Shown: positions 9,973 to 23,700 of the stretch, piece by piece
How positions within the stretch are numbered: the stretch's first letter is position 1
Layout: each line of letters opens with the position of its first letter
Notes under the pieces: model-generated
What the model saw: only the letters and a program-made list of their open reading frames with translations
The model's database searches: none
What the model was told of the DNA's origin: nothing
Position numbers and translations under genes: made by a program
NCBI GenBank assembly: GCA_001179505.1
Contig: CDMY01000656.1
Span: forward strand, 1 to 64,000
Direction of reading: 5' to 3'
From: Vitrella brassicaformis CCMP3155
Taxonomy: Eukaryota; Protista; Chromerida
DNA length: 64,000 nucleotides

Positions 9973-10674
9973 ACAAGCTAACCAATCAAGCGAGACATAC
10001 ATATACCTGTCAATGTTGCCATGTGTCTCTGCAGGACGCCCATGACTTGCCTACAGCGGAAAAACACATGCGCTGAAGAGGACATGAGCCACCTGAACAT
10101 GAGCCACCTGTCTCAGTGCGCATCAGAGGCCTACGGGAGGACACCAGATGAAGGACACAAGAAGACCGCTGTCCGCGGCAACCCGAAGGCACACAGTGCG
10201 TCATCAGCTCTGGAGGTAAGCAGACCAGCACGGCAATGAAAGCATGTATGCGCAGCCATATGACGGACCGTGCCATGTTATGCGTGTGCAGATGCCCGTC
10301 GCCACTGCAGCTGCGGTGTGAGTGTCATTTCATTGACCGCGTGCAAGACAATTAAGTGACACGTCGAGAATGGACTAATGAGAGAGGGTGCGGCGCTCTG
10401 AACACGAAAGGACGTTGGTTGAATTGCTGAAGAGGTGCTTCCGTCCGTCCGTCCATCTGTCTGTCTGTCTGCATGTCTCCTTATGCATCGATTGGCATCG
10501 CTCGCTCAGGCATCCATCCATCCATCCATTTATTCTTCAGACAAAGGAAGGAACGAAAACCGCTCGCATCCATCCCTCACTCCCTCTCTCACTCACTCAT
10601 TCACTCTCAGCATGGATCAACACCAACACCAGCAGCCACACATTCGTCCCTTCTTCCATCCATCCATCCATCCA

Positions 10675-11507
10675 TCACTCGTCGAATTTCGCTTCGATGT
10701 GGTGCATGCCAATGGATCCGCCATAGAGGCTGGGTCGGGTCTTGCGCACCTTGGGTGCGGCGGCTGCCTCGGCTGCCTTGGCCTGAGCCTGGGAACGGGC
10801 CAGGATGGTCATGAAAATGGGGAATGCGAACGCAATGATGCCCGCAACCTGCAAGGCATGCGACAGACTCGGACAGAGACATTCCCTTTGTATGTGTCTC
10901 TTGTCTGTCTGTGTGTGAATGGTGACTTACGAGTATGCCCTCGTTTGGGAGAACGAAGTTGCCGTTGAGCTTCTTGGTGGTGTAGGCGGCCAGCGGGTTG
11001 CACCCCTGACTCACCTGCACTCATTGACCCCATTGATGAAGGGATTGGATATATGAAGACACCCAAGAGACACCCGTGTGGACTTACCGCTCCGGCGACG
11101 AGGGCCGCCGTTCCCATCAACGTGCCGATGCCAACAAAGCCGAACGTGCCTGCACTCGTGCAACAAAGCGAACACACAGTAAACCACCCCGTGTGTGTGT
11201 GTGTTGTGTTTAGTTTGGTGCCTGCGGCGATGCTCCATCCGGTGGAGAAGATCTGCGACTTGACCATGGGGAAGACGATGATGTTGGCGTAGGCGAAGAA
11301 GATGCTCTTGGTCCACGGCATCAGCAGACACAGCAACGAGTGAAGCACACCCTGTCGATGAAACCACACATCCATCCAAGCATGGTTTATTCACAGTCGT
11401 GCTGTGCTAGAGTGGTGTTTGTCGTGTGAGAGAGCGACTCACCGTCGCGTTGGCGAGGTAGATGCTGAAGATGTTGCCGTACCTGGTGGCCAGCCAACCC
11501 ACTGCGG

Positions 11508-11539
<32 letters not shown>

Positions 11540-12065
11540 TGGGAATGCATTCTATTGTGTGTGTGTGTGTACTAGGGAAGGTTGTGAGGCCGCAGAAGGG
11601 AAAGATGATGCCGAAGAATTTGCTGAGCTGCGCCGCCTTCTCGTCGCCATAGACGCCAAACTGGAGAGGGCCCGTGGGCATGAAGAACGACATCTGGACG
11701 ACAAAGACGAAAAGTGTATCGAGACGTCCATCCACAGGCACCCACGTACTCTGAACATTTCGATTGCGAAAAACGCGACGAACATGATGAAGGTGAGGCT
11801 GGTGTACTTCTGGAGCTGTGTCATGTCGCTGTGGTCCACAGCCAGAGGGGCCGGCCTCTCCACCAGCTTGACGCCAGCTGTATGCCAGCCACCACACCAC
11901 CACATTATATGGCGAAGCGCACACGCACACGCACAAACAGAGTAGATACCTTCCTGATCGGTGACGAGGCGCTGCGTCTCCGGTTCAATGTCCTCAGCTG
12001 CCGCACACCAGCCACACACCCACATGTGTGCCGAGGTACCTCGCTGCCTGCTCTCTCTCTCTCTC

Positions 12066-12098
<33 letters not shown>

Positions 12099-13188
12099 GA
12101 GACGTTCGAATTGCTTGAAAGGTACAAAGACGAGGGCGATGATGAGGCAGGCCACACAGACGATGCTGTAGCCCAGGAGGAGCGACTTGATGCCCATCTT
12201 TGGGTACACGCTCGAGTGCACGATCTCCATGATGGCAAACACGCCGGCGCTGAAGTCGTACGAGCCCGTCATCAGAGAGATGGCCTGGGGCGCACGTGTG
12301 GGAAACAGCAGGGCCACGTTCATCTGACCGACGGACAAAGAGACACACACACAGAGAGACACCAGTCGGAGCACCGGCGCCCGTGTCTCTGCCCCCTTGC
12401 AGCCATACACACGTACGGTAGTGGTGATGGTGCTGCCACCGGCAAAGGCCATGAGCAGCAGGCCGATCCAGTAGCCCAGCACAAAGGACTCGCCGGCAAA
12501 GGCGAGTGCGATGAAGCTGATGAGGAAGAGCACCTGGCCAGCCACGGCGTTAATCTTGGGGCCAAGCCAGTCGGTCGTGATGCCCCACGCCAGACCCGAG
12601 AAGAGCAACATCAGCACTACAGGTACCCAAGCCAGAGGGAGACGGACACCCATCATGTGTGTGGACTGTGATCTGTTTGGACTGCGTACGTGAGACGTCC
12701 CAGATTTGTCCAAAGACCAGCGTCTGCTCGTCGCAGGGCCCTGCCTCCACCTTGGCAGGTGGGCCGGACGGCGCGGGGCACTTCCACTTGAAGGCGCCCT
12801 CCTTGAGCAGCATCCCAACCAGCGGCAAATAGCCGAAGAAGGCGATGCCCGTCAACAGATTGAGCATTGCAAAGGACAGCAGAACCACTGCACACACCAC
12901 AGCCACCAACAGCGTCGCTGTGAGCACAGGGAGCCGAGCCACCCCGTTGCAGTTTGCGGACCTTACCGGTTTTGGGCACGCCGAAGGGAAGCTGGTTCTT
13001 CGCCATGTCGGTGTGCACCAGTTGAAGCTGATGGACGGAATTGGACAGCGAAAGCTGGAAGAGTAGACAGGAATTCCAACCTCAGCACCGTCAGGTGTCA
13101 GCGAGATGCATGCAAACCCGCAAGACTGGGGGCCAGAGACGCCGGTCAACGGTTCGTCAACGGTCGAGTGTGCGGAGCGCTTAACCAT
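10675..13188 (-). CDS. MFS amino-acid transporter, SLC43/LAT3-like (ApiAT-like)
   Basis: Many hydrophobic exons; LLTGIAFFGYLPLVGMLLKEGAFKWKC..CDEQ and GITTDWLGPK resemble SLC43 TM1-loop and MFS motif A; last exon ends ..HHIEAKFDE* at 10675. Confidence 0.72.
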
Positions 13189-13743
13189 CTACCTGTCCAG
13201 TAGGACAATGTCAACAGCCCCCCAATGCTCAGCAAAGAGCTCTCTCGAAATGGCTAATCTCAGCAGACCTCCGGCCCCACCTTGACTTGTGCATCTCGCA
13301 GGCACTCCAGATCTGCCAGACTACTGACGAGACAACGGATGTTTCGTCAATCGGCCAGCCTCTCCTGAGCGGCTGCCAGACGGCAAACAAGACAACGACT
13401 GATCTGCACACCCTCTCTCACCATCACAAGCACAGGCATTCGGCATCATGAGCCATGGAAGTATCTCTCTCGCATCACCACCCGAGCACACCACTGCCTC
13501 AGTGTCTGACCGCGTGTGTGGTTGTTGCATTTCCGCCGCACCGCACGTCAATCTGACTCACACACTGCAGTGCGAACATATTGACGTGCGGTGCAACAAA
13601 CCACCACAACACCCAGCCGGACACACCAGCGACAGCTGATGCTTGTACGCACAGAAATGGGCCGTTTGTTGACGCAGGAAATGAAAACCCATGCACGCAT
13701 CGCATCGCATCATCCACACACGACACTGAAGGGAACCCACCAA

Positions 13744-14952
13744 TCACGCCGCAGCGACTTCCTTGTTCTGCCTGGGCGCCCCTGTGGGCACCTCATCCTT
13801 GGGCTTCGGGATCAACAGATCCGACAAGCCTGAACACCGACACACACACGGACACACACACAGAGTGACGAGAGGCAACGGGTGACAGGTGTCGTGGCAT
13901 TCGCTCACCTTGCCGTTTAAGCTTTGGATCGAACCGGACCTCTTCTGTCACGTGCCGAGCTTCCAGCACCTGAATGCAACCACACAGAGGCCTTCAATCT
14001 TGCCAGCATCCCGTGGATGAATCCGCCCACCCACCCACTGACCTCTTTCTTCTCCGCCTCATACCGCCTTGCCACCTCCAGGTACACGTTGAACCCCTTG
14101 CCCTTCTGCTCCTTCTCGGCGTAGCGTTCCCGGTCCTCGTCCGTCATGAGCGGCTTGATGTCCAAAGGATGCTCCCACAACTCCTGATCAGGCGGCCGGT
14201 TGCCGGGGGGGATGTTGCCGGACTCGTCAAGCCAACCTGAGAAGAGAGCAGCACAGGAAGCCGTCCACTTGGTCCTTTTCTCTCCTCTCTGCGTGTGTGT
14301 GTGTGTGTGTGTGTGCGTCCGTGTGCCTTACTTTGCTTGATCAGCTCCAGCAGCGACCGATTTGGCCGCAGGATGTGGTGCACCTTGACATAATGCGTCA
14401 GCTGCGGCATCCGCGCCAGGTGGAGCAGCAGGCTCTGCCGTATGCTGCGCGTCACTCCCACATGCTGCAGCGTCTTGCCCTCGTCATAGATGGCGTAGAC
14501 GCTGGCCTTGACGCCGGGCGTGACGTCCGCGGAGGTGACCTTGCCGTCGGGGGTGAGGTAGGGCATCAGGGGGAGGGAGGAGAGGGAGGGGATGGAGACG
14601 TCACCGCTGGCCCGCAGCCGGTCGGTTTCGGCCTTGAGGCGCTGCTGCAGCTCGTGGTGGTATCGAGACTCCTTCTCCTTCAGCTGCTGCTTCGTGTACC
14701 TGACACAACACACGAACCAGAACAAGATCACCATCGATGCCATGAGTCAAGATCTATCTTTTGTGCTCACTCGCTGTCAACGGCAACCATCCTGAGCCTC
14801 GATGGCCTCCTCGAGAGGCCACTCTGGTGCTGCTGATGGGATAACGCGCCCCATCTTCTTGCAGCACTGAGAAGGAATGCATCAACGGAGATGGAGAGGC
14901 AAGACCAGATAACTGCTGTCAGCAAGCGGAGACCACAGTGAGGGGAGATCAT
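13744..14952 (-). CDS. GIY-YIG-like protein of the AtGrxS16-N-terminal/cyanobacterial type, predicted plastid-targeted
   Basis: SVYAIYDEGKTLQHVGVTRSIRQSLLLHLAR..RPNRSLLELIKQS|WLDESGNIPPGN..WEHPLDIK..VARRYEAE..VRFDPKLKRQG matches the family pattern as I recall it; leader MISPHCGLRLLTAVIWSCLSISVDA-FLLS. Confidence 0.78.
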
Positions 14953-15066
14953 CACGGGGAGGCGTGGCTGCTGTCGTTGCTTAGCTGGCCTTCGCGATCG
15001 CACTGCGAGCTTGAAGTTGCTGAGAGCAGCGAGTTTTCCATGTGCCTCTAGGGACAGATCCGTCTG

Positions 15067-15118
15067 CTGTGAGGTCTGTTTGTGCGATGGATCTGTGAGG
15101 TCTGTTTGTGCGATGGAT
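15067..15118. repeat. Two exact tandem copies of a 26-bp unit between divergent start codons
   Basis: ctgtgaggtctgtttgtgcgatggat x2. Confidence 0.9.
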
Positions 15119-18100
15119 CCATGTAGCAGCGGCTTGACGAGCGGCCGCGCGGCGCGTACTGCCGAGGAGGAGAGGCAGCCCAGCGCGGAGGTGGACCAAG
15201 AGGTGGACGGGCAGAGCCAACACACAGGAACGGGCCAGCAGGTGGGCAAACAAGAACATAATACCGGGAAGAAACTCGTGCGCATGCGTTCCACATGCAT
15301 GTGCTACGTCCTTGTAGGTGAACGCGGAAGGAGATCATTCCATCTACATCCCCCTCAGCGAGCTCCCCATGACATTTACACCGAGCGCTGCTGAATCATC
15401 GCCTGCAGGGACGTCAGCAGTAGATTCGGAGAGCCTCCCTGATGACGACATGGCTCAAGAGCCGGCAGCCACTCCCCCGGGAGCCGACAAGGTCACTTTC
15501 AGCTTCAAGCCTGCCGACGATATCGACGCTTTGGAGGACGGCCTCTTCTCTGACGACATGCAGACGTACATGGCGTCGGCACAAGGCGTCACGGCCAGCG
15601 TCGGCGAGCTGCCGGTCCTGAGACTCAACCCCAAGAGCCCTGAGTTCGTCAAGCGTGTCGCCTCTCGCTTGGCAAAGGATCGGGAGGCCTTCCGTCGCAT
15701 CCTGGCGCGTCTGGTGGATGACACCAACAAGGAGTGTCAGGTGGCCACTGCCGACATGCTCTACCGCCTCGTCTGCGAGGGCCTGCTGTCGTTGGTGGCC
15801 CCGTCGGACCTCATCCATATGGTGGAGGCGATCTGGGCGGTTGTGGGGGTGGACTTGGCGAGCAAGGGGGTGTTGGTCGAGTTCCGCGGTGAGGTCAAGA
15901 GCCTTGTCGCCTTCCAGCTCATCGAGACGCTGCCGACAGACAAGCCCTTGGCCCCTGTGGACGTGGTGGCCTATGCTAGAGTGTTTGTGATGCGATGCGG
16001 GCTCGAGTCGGCACTCAAGGTCGCCCCTGACGCGGCCACCGAGCTACAAAACGGCTTCCTGATGAACAACAAGGCCACCATTCGCCACTTGCTCGATATC
16101 ACGCGGAACAGCAAACAGATAGGAGTGGCGTCTGAGGCTGCGGCACTGCTCATGAAGCTGTACGCCACAAAGCCCAGCGCCCCCGCCGCCACAGCAGTGG
16201 AGCTGTGCAGCATGTTCGTCAAGAGTCTGCAGCTGCCGTGGAACGGGCAGGCCGAGCAGCCAGAGGGCGTAGCTAGCCTGTTTACGGTGCTTCTGGAAGC
16301 CACACAGCTCTGGAGCACAGGTAGGGCTATCCGTGAGACAGCGATTGATGGACCGGTGGATGTGTCCATGCGCGTTGGACAGGCAAGGAGGAGTGGTCTG
16401 TGGTGAGGAGTGCGCTGGGTTCCCACGTCTACTTGCACTTTGATGGCCTCGTCGACCTCATCACGCGGTGTGACCCATCGACGTACACGCGCTGGGCGGC
16501 CAGCCTCACCCTGGGCACCTTCATCTACGCTTCCCTCTTGCTCTGCACCAAGAAGAGGAAGGGTATGTGAATGCAACCAACCCACACACAGCCTGGCCTG
16601 GTCTCTTGTACCATCTCAATGTTTATGCCGCATGCACCGCAGGAAACGACAATGCGGCAGTCGCCACAATTTTCGAGATTGAGCACCAGGGTGTGGACAA
16701 GGTGCTTGCTTCCGCCCCAATGCCGATGGAGCCGCTTCGTCGTCTGGTGCTGGATACAGCGGCCAGGGAGGGGGTGCTGGCTGCTGCCAGCCTCGACAAT
16801 GCGCATGAGGCGGCCGGAACGCTGATCGCGATTTCCTTGCTGATCCCGGCCCGTCAGATGATAGGTCAGTCAGCCACACCACACCACACCACACCACACC
16901 ACATCGTCCTGTCCACACGCTGTGTGTATGTGTGAATGTGCAGATGTGGGGAAGGCCGCCAGCTTGATAGAGTCGGGATTTCCGTCGACGCTGGTTGCTC
17001 TTTTGGACATCTGCGAGTGCATCAAGCTCAGCGTGACACTGTGTCTGATCTGCCTCAAGTCCCTGGTCGCAAGAGATCGAAAGGTCAGCTCAGCTCAGCT
17101 CAGCAGCCAGCCCTGTAGCTACCACATCCGCCCTTCATCACATCGACCTTGTGGCGTGTGTGTATAGGTGTCAGAGACGGATGGGCTCGCGAAGGCCCTG
17201 TGTGGTGTGCTGCCCAAGGAAGCCCGTGGACAGCTCATCTACCCCCTCAAAAGCGCAGCCTTCTTTCGCGACGATGATCACGCGTCCGCTATCAACATAC
17301 TCAAGGGCCTCGTCAGGTATGAACAGACAGACGAGAGCTATGAGGCATTTGTGTGTACCCGCTTTTTGTTTGCGGCTATGGCAGGTCGCTGGTCGGCAAA
17401 ACAGGGCACAATCCCTTCACACGCCAGATACTGCAGGTAGCACTGTTGCAATATGAGCATCCACATCAACGAGCTGAGCTCAATCCACTTGCCTGTATCC
17501 ATCAGCTGGAGTCAGTCAGGACGATGCGCGACCCCAAGAGCAACCTCAAAATATCGCCAAAGGTAGGTGAGGGAGGACGCACACACCGTACCATGCACCA
17601 CACCATGCCCATCACCCAGCTATAGATATCGCCTGCCATGACTGTCTGCAGGTGGCGGCCTTCTTCGACTCGCTGGCACAGCAGGACAAGAGGGACAAGA
17701 GGGACAGCAAGAGCAAGGCGACTCAGCCGTCCATGTCGGATGCCCAGCTCGTGTCCAGGGACAGAGAGGCGCAGCGAAAAGCAGACGAGCTTATCGAGGA
17801 GGAGCGGCGCGAGAAGGCAACCAAGACCAAGAAAAACAACAACGACAAAGCCAAAAAGGGCAAGGCCCCCGAGTCGGCAATGGAGCCGTCAGGGCCCTCA
17901 CCAACGGCCGCATCGACCAGGTGGGAAGGAGAGCCACACGCATCACCACCACAGACCTCACGCAACATCTTTCTTCAATCCGTGTGTCTGTTGTGCGCAG
18001 GTCGTCGTCTGCGGTAGTGGAGGAGGACGTGGAGCCGCCTACTGCCTCCTCATCCATTGCCGACACGTGAGCAATCAACCAATCCACTTGACGCGATGTA

Positions 18101-20105
18101 CGCCACACCTTCATGGCATGTGTCACGACCGCTGCCGCAGGTCGGTTCCGTCGGTTGCACCTGCAGCGGATGGGGGGCAGCGAGAGCGATTGATCGAGCC
18201 GACAGCGAATGAGGAGAGCGACGACAACAACGGCGACAGTGACGACATGCTCATCAAGTCGGCGTTCGGCCAGCATGCACGACAGAAGACCTCCGACAGC
18301 CACAAGGCCAAGAGCGGCAGACCGGGCTTTCTTAAGGAAGGGGTTGCACCCACCCCTCACCCGCTGCCGCTGCCCCCGTCCCGCCCCTCCATCACGGCCA
18401 CTGAGAAGGGGCAGCGTCGTCGCGGCAATCTTCGCCTACCCACGGCCTCTTCGTCCCTCCCTGCGACGGAGCACCAGAACCACCGCACCAACACCAGCAC
18501 CAACAAGAAACAAATGGCGGCCCCTCCTCGATTCGGGCAAGGTGCGCTGGCTCCATTCGCCAAGGGGATGATCACGCCCAAGCCACCACATGGCAGTGGG
18601 AGTGGATTGATGGCTCGCGGACCACCTGCCGTCCCGAAGCGCCCCTCTCCACCACCTGTGTCCGTGGAGAGCGGTGGTGGTGGTGCGGGCAGCTGCCTGA
18701 TGTCGCTGTTTAGTGACGAGTCGCATCCGCCTCCCCGACCCCTCTCCCCTCCCCCTTGCCCCACCCTCCCGTCACCCCAAGAGCTGAAGACAGTCAACAC
18801 CGCCGGGCTCGCCGACCAGCAGCAGCAGCAGCAGCAGAAAGCATTCGAAGACGAGTGGCCGAGGTGAGATGGGTTGTGGCGGGCATTCATATGTACGGTG
18901 TGATCACCGTTCCGTCCGTTTTGATCTGTCTGTCTGTCTGTCTGCAGTCTCTCTGCTTCTTATTCGTCGGCCGATCCAGCACCGTCGTCATCGCAGCCAC
19001 CGGCCAATCCCCAGTACGTGAGACAAAGTAGACAGGTGCATCGCATGAAGTGCGGTATTCATCTTTCCGTGTCTATGCAGTTCCTCCCATGCTGTGGATC
19101 GTCCTTCCCCCGTGAGCCAAGATGGCCCATTCAGCAGCGACCTCGATGGCATCCCTCCGCTGCCACCGGATCCTCCCCCTCCTCTCTCCCCGCCTGGCTC
19201 AACCGCCCCTCTTCCCCTGCTATCGCCCTTGCGTGGCTCTCCTGATGTCCCTGCCGCTGCTGCTGCCGTTGCTGGGGGGCCGTCGTCTTCGTCGGCCGAC
19301 CCGTTCCATGACGACGACGACAATGATGGCGGTGATGACGATGACATGCATGTGCCTCCCCCGCCGCCAATATTCGAATGGGAAGAGGATGAGGACAGCG
19401 GCTACCATCCCCCAGCACCAGCAGCGCCAGCAGCAGCAGCGACATCATCGAGTAGTGCATCCATCCCGTCTGCTGCCAATGGGTGAGTGGGTGAACACGG
19501 CACAGAGAGGTGCCAGGGGGGGAGTCAATCGTGTGTGTGCTGTGTGTCTGCAGGTCTTCCGAGGGCCAGGTAGATATGTACCACTTGATGCTGCAGATGC
19601 AGCTCGAAATGCAAGCCATGAGACAACAGTGAGCCAGCCGAGAGGCAGCCACCAAACGAACCAAATGCCAGCCTTCTCCTTCGTTTCCCATTTCAGGCTC
19701 GCCCAGATGAGCGGCCAGCAGTCGTCGCAGCAGCCCCCATCCAGCAGCTCGTCGGCTCCTCCACCCCCTGCCCCTGCCCCTGCCCCACCCACCACTCAGT
19801 CTCAGCCAAGCGGCCAGTGCTGCGCGTGTTACGGCGAGCACGGCCCGGGCAGCTTCGGCTTCGTCCCCTGCAGGCATCTCTGTTTGTGCGCGCATTGTCA
19901 CCAGCAGTACAAGGCCCGTCACGACCAGAAGGTGGCGCGGGTGCAGCAGCGCAACCGCACCAGGGGCAAGAAGGACAAGCCGCTGCCGCTGCCGCAGTAC
20001 CGATGTCCCTACTGCAATGGCGATGCGGTGCACTCGGACACGCTCCCCAACCTCCGCCAGTGGGTGGAGCAGATTCACACGATCGACGAGGATGACGAGG
20101 GATGA
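15113..20105 (+). CDS. Large spliced protein: helical (ARM-like) repeat region, coiled/low-complexity middle, C-terminal C3HC4 RING finger (putative E3 ligase)
   Basis: First exon MDPCSS..GQQ| splices in phase to VNAEGD (15318); Leu-rich helical exons; EAQRKADELIEEE coil; terminal CCAC..VPCRHLCLCAHC..CPYC. That all exons belong to one gene is inferred. Confidence 0.68.
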
Positions 20106-20766
20106 GTTGACCGGTGGATGGACGGTGGGCTGCGGGTGGTCTGGGGCGCGGTTTTAAGTGTTGGGTGCTGTTGTGGAGTATCGGCTATAGGTGTCCATCA
20201 TCCATCCATTACGCCGTGACCGTTTTTGTCTTGCCGTGCATTGCTCTATACACATTCCATCGATTTCATCACTCACTGCATAGCCATTCAGGCCTATCTA
20301 TCTATGTGTCTATCTAAGTATGTTTGTGTGTATGTGTGTATATAGCCAGGTCTGTCTTCCGTGCTCGCACCTACTCGCTGTTCGTGTCGTGTGCATGTCA
20401 TGTGCACATTTGTCTAGCTCGGCTCGGCTCGGTCGCATCGCAGCGGCGCAAACGGGTTGATGGATGGATGGATGGATGGCGGACAGATATTATTGGATGA
20501 GGACACGTACGTGAGTGAAGCGACAAATTGACACGAACGAACATCTAAGCCTGCCGTGTGCCTTGCGTGGGATGCTTCTCTGAGACTCTCGGTCAGAGAG
20601 GCCGCACAATGCCACCAATGAGCTCGAGACACACACGGGGCATTCAGGGATTGTTCCCCTGACTCCAATCCATGACACCTGTGCCTAACAAAACAATAAA
20701 GGCCCTACTGACACCAGACACACAGATGGAGCACTCACCGACCGCACCTAAGCACATAGGTACGTC

Positions 20767-23700
20767 CTACTGTCCGAAAGCATGCCGGCGGATCAGACCA
20801 GAAGCGTGCACATGAACCGTCTCGTGGGCTGCTGACGCCTCTTCTGTCAGGGAAGATGCACCTTCCTTGTTCTCGGAGACCACTGCACTCACAGCCAAGC
20901 CAATTGAGACATGTGTATCCCGTTTGGCTTGGCTTACTGAATCTGTGCATTTCGTTCCAGACGTCAAAGTGCCGGTCGTCGTCGATGAGCCACACAAACA
21001 CGCCGCCCAGCGAATGAGAGTGCGCCAAATGCATCTGCAACATGGACCGTACAGCACTGGTCTCTGTCTCCGCATGAAATGGCCGACGCGTCGATCGATT
21101 GATTACCTTAGCAAGAATGGCCTTTTTGTCATCGTAGCCAACCCAAATCTTCGTGTTGGGGCTGTAAGTAGATAGCGGAGGAGAGACAGACACGCGAGCA
21201 TTGGGCAATGGTGTGCGTGTCTCTTTTCCCGTTTCTCCCCCTTTCACTGACTTGTAGACGTATGCAGTCTGTGTGGCTTCGTTGTAGTACTTTTTGAAGC
21301 CGTTCTTGTCCTCATAGTTGTCGATGATGTCCCACACTGACATGTGGCCCAGCTCAATCGTCGCTCCCGTCTGCTCACTCCCCTGCACACGAGCGACATG
21401 CAGGCAGCAACGCACAAGGCCGAGCGACAATGCAAACAGGCACACACACGTCTCTCGCACAATGCCTGACCTTGCCGCCGGCAGGCCATGGCTTTGGGCC
21501 GCTGTTGGGCGGGCGGGGCGCTCCTGTGGCCGGCTGGTACATGCCGTCATTGTTGGGCCCTGGGGACACGCCGTTCCAACTGCGGCCATACAGGGGAAGT
21601 CCCAGGGACAGCTGCCGGCAGACCCAAACAGGCGAACAGGGGACACAGACACATCAGTGCAGCCAATCAGACAGACGTTTGATAGTTGCGTGCGTGCGTG
21701 CCTTGTGGGGTGGGCATTTGTAGGTGTCCGTGAACTCCTTGACGATGGCGTCGATTGTGAGGCGGCGGAACTCAGCGGAGGAGGGGTCCCTGTCGTCGAA
21801 GCTGCAATCATTGCCAACCCACACAAGTAGATGGGCATGTGTCTCTGTGCAGCTTGACTGATCTGACAGACAGACGTACTGAAGTGGCGCTTGGAAGTTG
21901 GTGGTGCGCTCCCAGGACCCATGGATGTCGTAGGTCATGAGGTTGAGCGAGTCGAGCACATCGCACAGCTGAGTGTAGACCTTGGCCAGCGGGTCGTCGG
22001 GATTTGTGGTGCGCATCTTCAGCGTGATGCCGACCGCTATCGACAGCTCTTTGTGATCATTTGGGAACTTCCTGCATGTGTGTGTGTAAGGAAGGAGACA
22101 TGGAAGCTGTCCAAGTGTCCGTGTCTCTATTCTTCTTTCTGCTGACACGTCGAGTGCCTCGCGGAGCTCTTTGAGGTAGAGTACGTAGTTTTTCCAGTCC
22201 TGCAGACACGCAGGAACACAGGAAGACCGGCCTTATCCATCACTGCAGCCAGTCGAGTGCATCCACCCTTACATCTTTCCTGCAGGTGGGCTCGCCAGTG
22301 GCCTTGACGGCCTGTCGGCTGTTGGATCCGTCGTCTGCCTCAGCGCCACACGCATTCAGACCCGCGGGGTCGCCGAGAATCCAGTCACCACAGCAGGTGG
22401 GATACTCCCAATCGATGTCAAGACCTGTATTGAAACAACGCACATTGCGAATGTCTCCCCAATAGGTGCATACGGGCAGTGACTTGCCGTCAACGATAGG
22501 ATGATCTTCCACCCATTTGACGTGATCGGCGATCATTTTCTCGCGAAGAGCCTTGTCGGCCGAGCACTTGGAGAACTGGGCGGAGAGGGACCAGCCGCCG
22601 ACGGAGTAGATGAACTTGAGGTGAGGCTGCTTCTGCTTGAGGATCTCAAAGGCTTTCAGGTTGCCCATGCCTATGCAGGCATCCACGCATAGAACCAACC
22701 GGTTGATCAGCCTCTTGTTCGTGAGTCAATCAGGTTGCTAACCGGATTCCTTCCACGAGGGCATGCCAGGGAACTGCCCTTGGTAGGCGGTCTGGATGTC
22801 AGCATTAGGATCGGTGTAGCGCTGCATGACATGAAGGTGGCCCACACCGACCCCACGCAGAGACACAGACAGTTATATANNNNNNNNNNNNNNNNNNNNN
22901 NNNNNNNNNNNNNNNNNNNNNNNNNNNNNNNNNNNNNNNNNNNNNNNNNNNNNNNNNNNNNNNNNNNNNNNNNNNNNNNNNNNNNNNNNNNNNNNNNNNN
23001 NNNNNNNNNNNNNNNNNNNNNNNNNNNNNNNNNNNNNNNNNNNNNNNNNNNNNNNNNNNNNNNNNNNNNNNNNNNNNNNNNNNNNNNNNNNNNNNNNNNN
23101 NNNNNNNNNNNNNNNNNNNNNNNNNNNNNNNNNNNNNNNNNNNNNNNNNNNNNNNNNNNNNNNNNNNNNNNNNNNNNNNAAAGCACGTGTGTGACGCCGT
23201 CGAGGATGGGCTTCATGTCGAACGGCTTGAAATTCCGCGAATACGGCATCGAGTCATAGATGGCCCACTGGACCGAACACACACAAGGTGCGCTGCGCCC
23301 AAGTCGTGTCTCTCCCTTTCCGTGTCTCTGCGTACATTGCCGAAGTAAGCCATCACCCGCTCGATCGACGTCTTGGCACCACCTGCCACACAGACATACA
23401 CACACACACACATCCTCCCTGTCCCTCGCTCTGAGTGGCTGCGAGTGTCCCCCCGCACCAGACGGCTTTTCGCCTTCGAGCGGCGGCTTCGGTGTCGGGG
23501 CCGGCCCGCCTGTGGTGGGCACGGGAGGCCCCGCAGTTGTTCCTGGCTGCTGGGTCGTGGCTACTGGGGGTCTCGCAGAAACAGCCGGCTGACGTGTGGT
23601 CTTTTCTGCAGGTGTAGGCTCAGCCGTCGTCGGTTTCTGCGGCGGGGCTGTTGGCTCCTCGGTGGTCGGCTCTGCAGGCTCCCATGTTGGCACGACAGTT

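Noticed and set aside
10082-10110. 14-bp tandem duplication acatgagccacctg
   Set aside because: Typical slippage product with no further structure.
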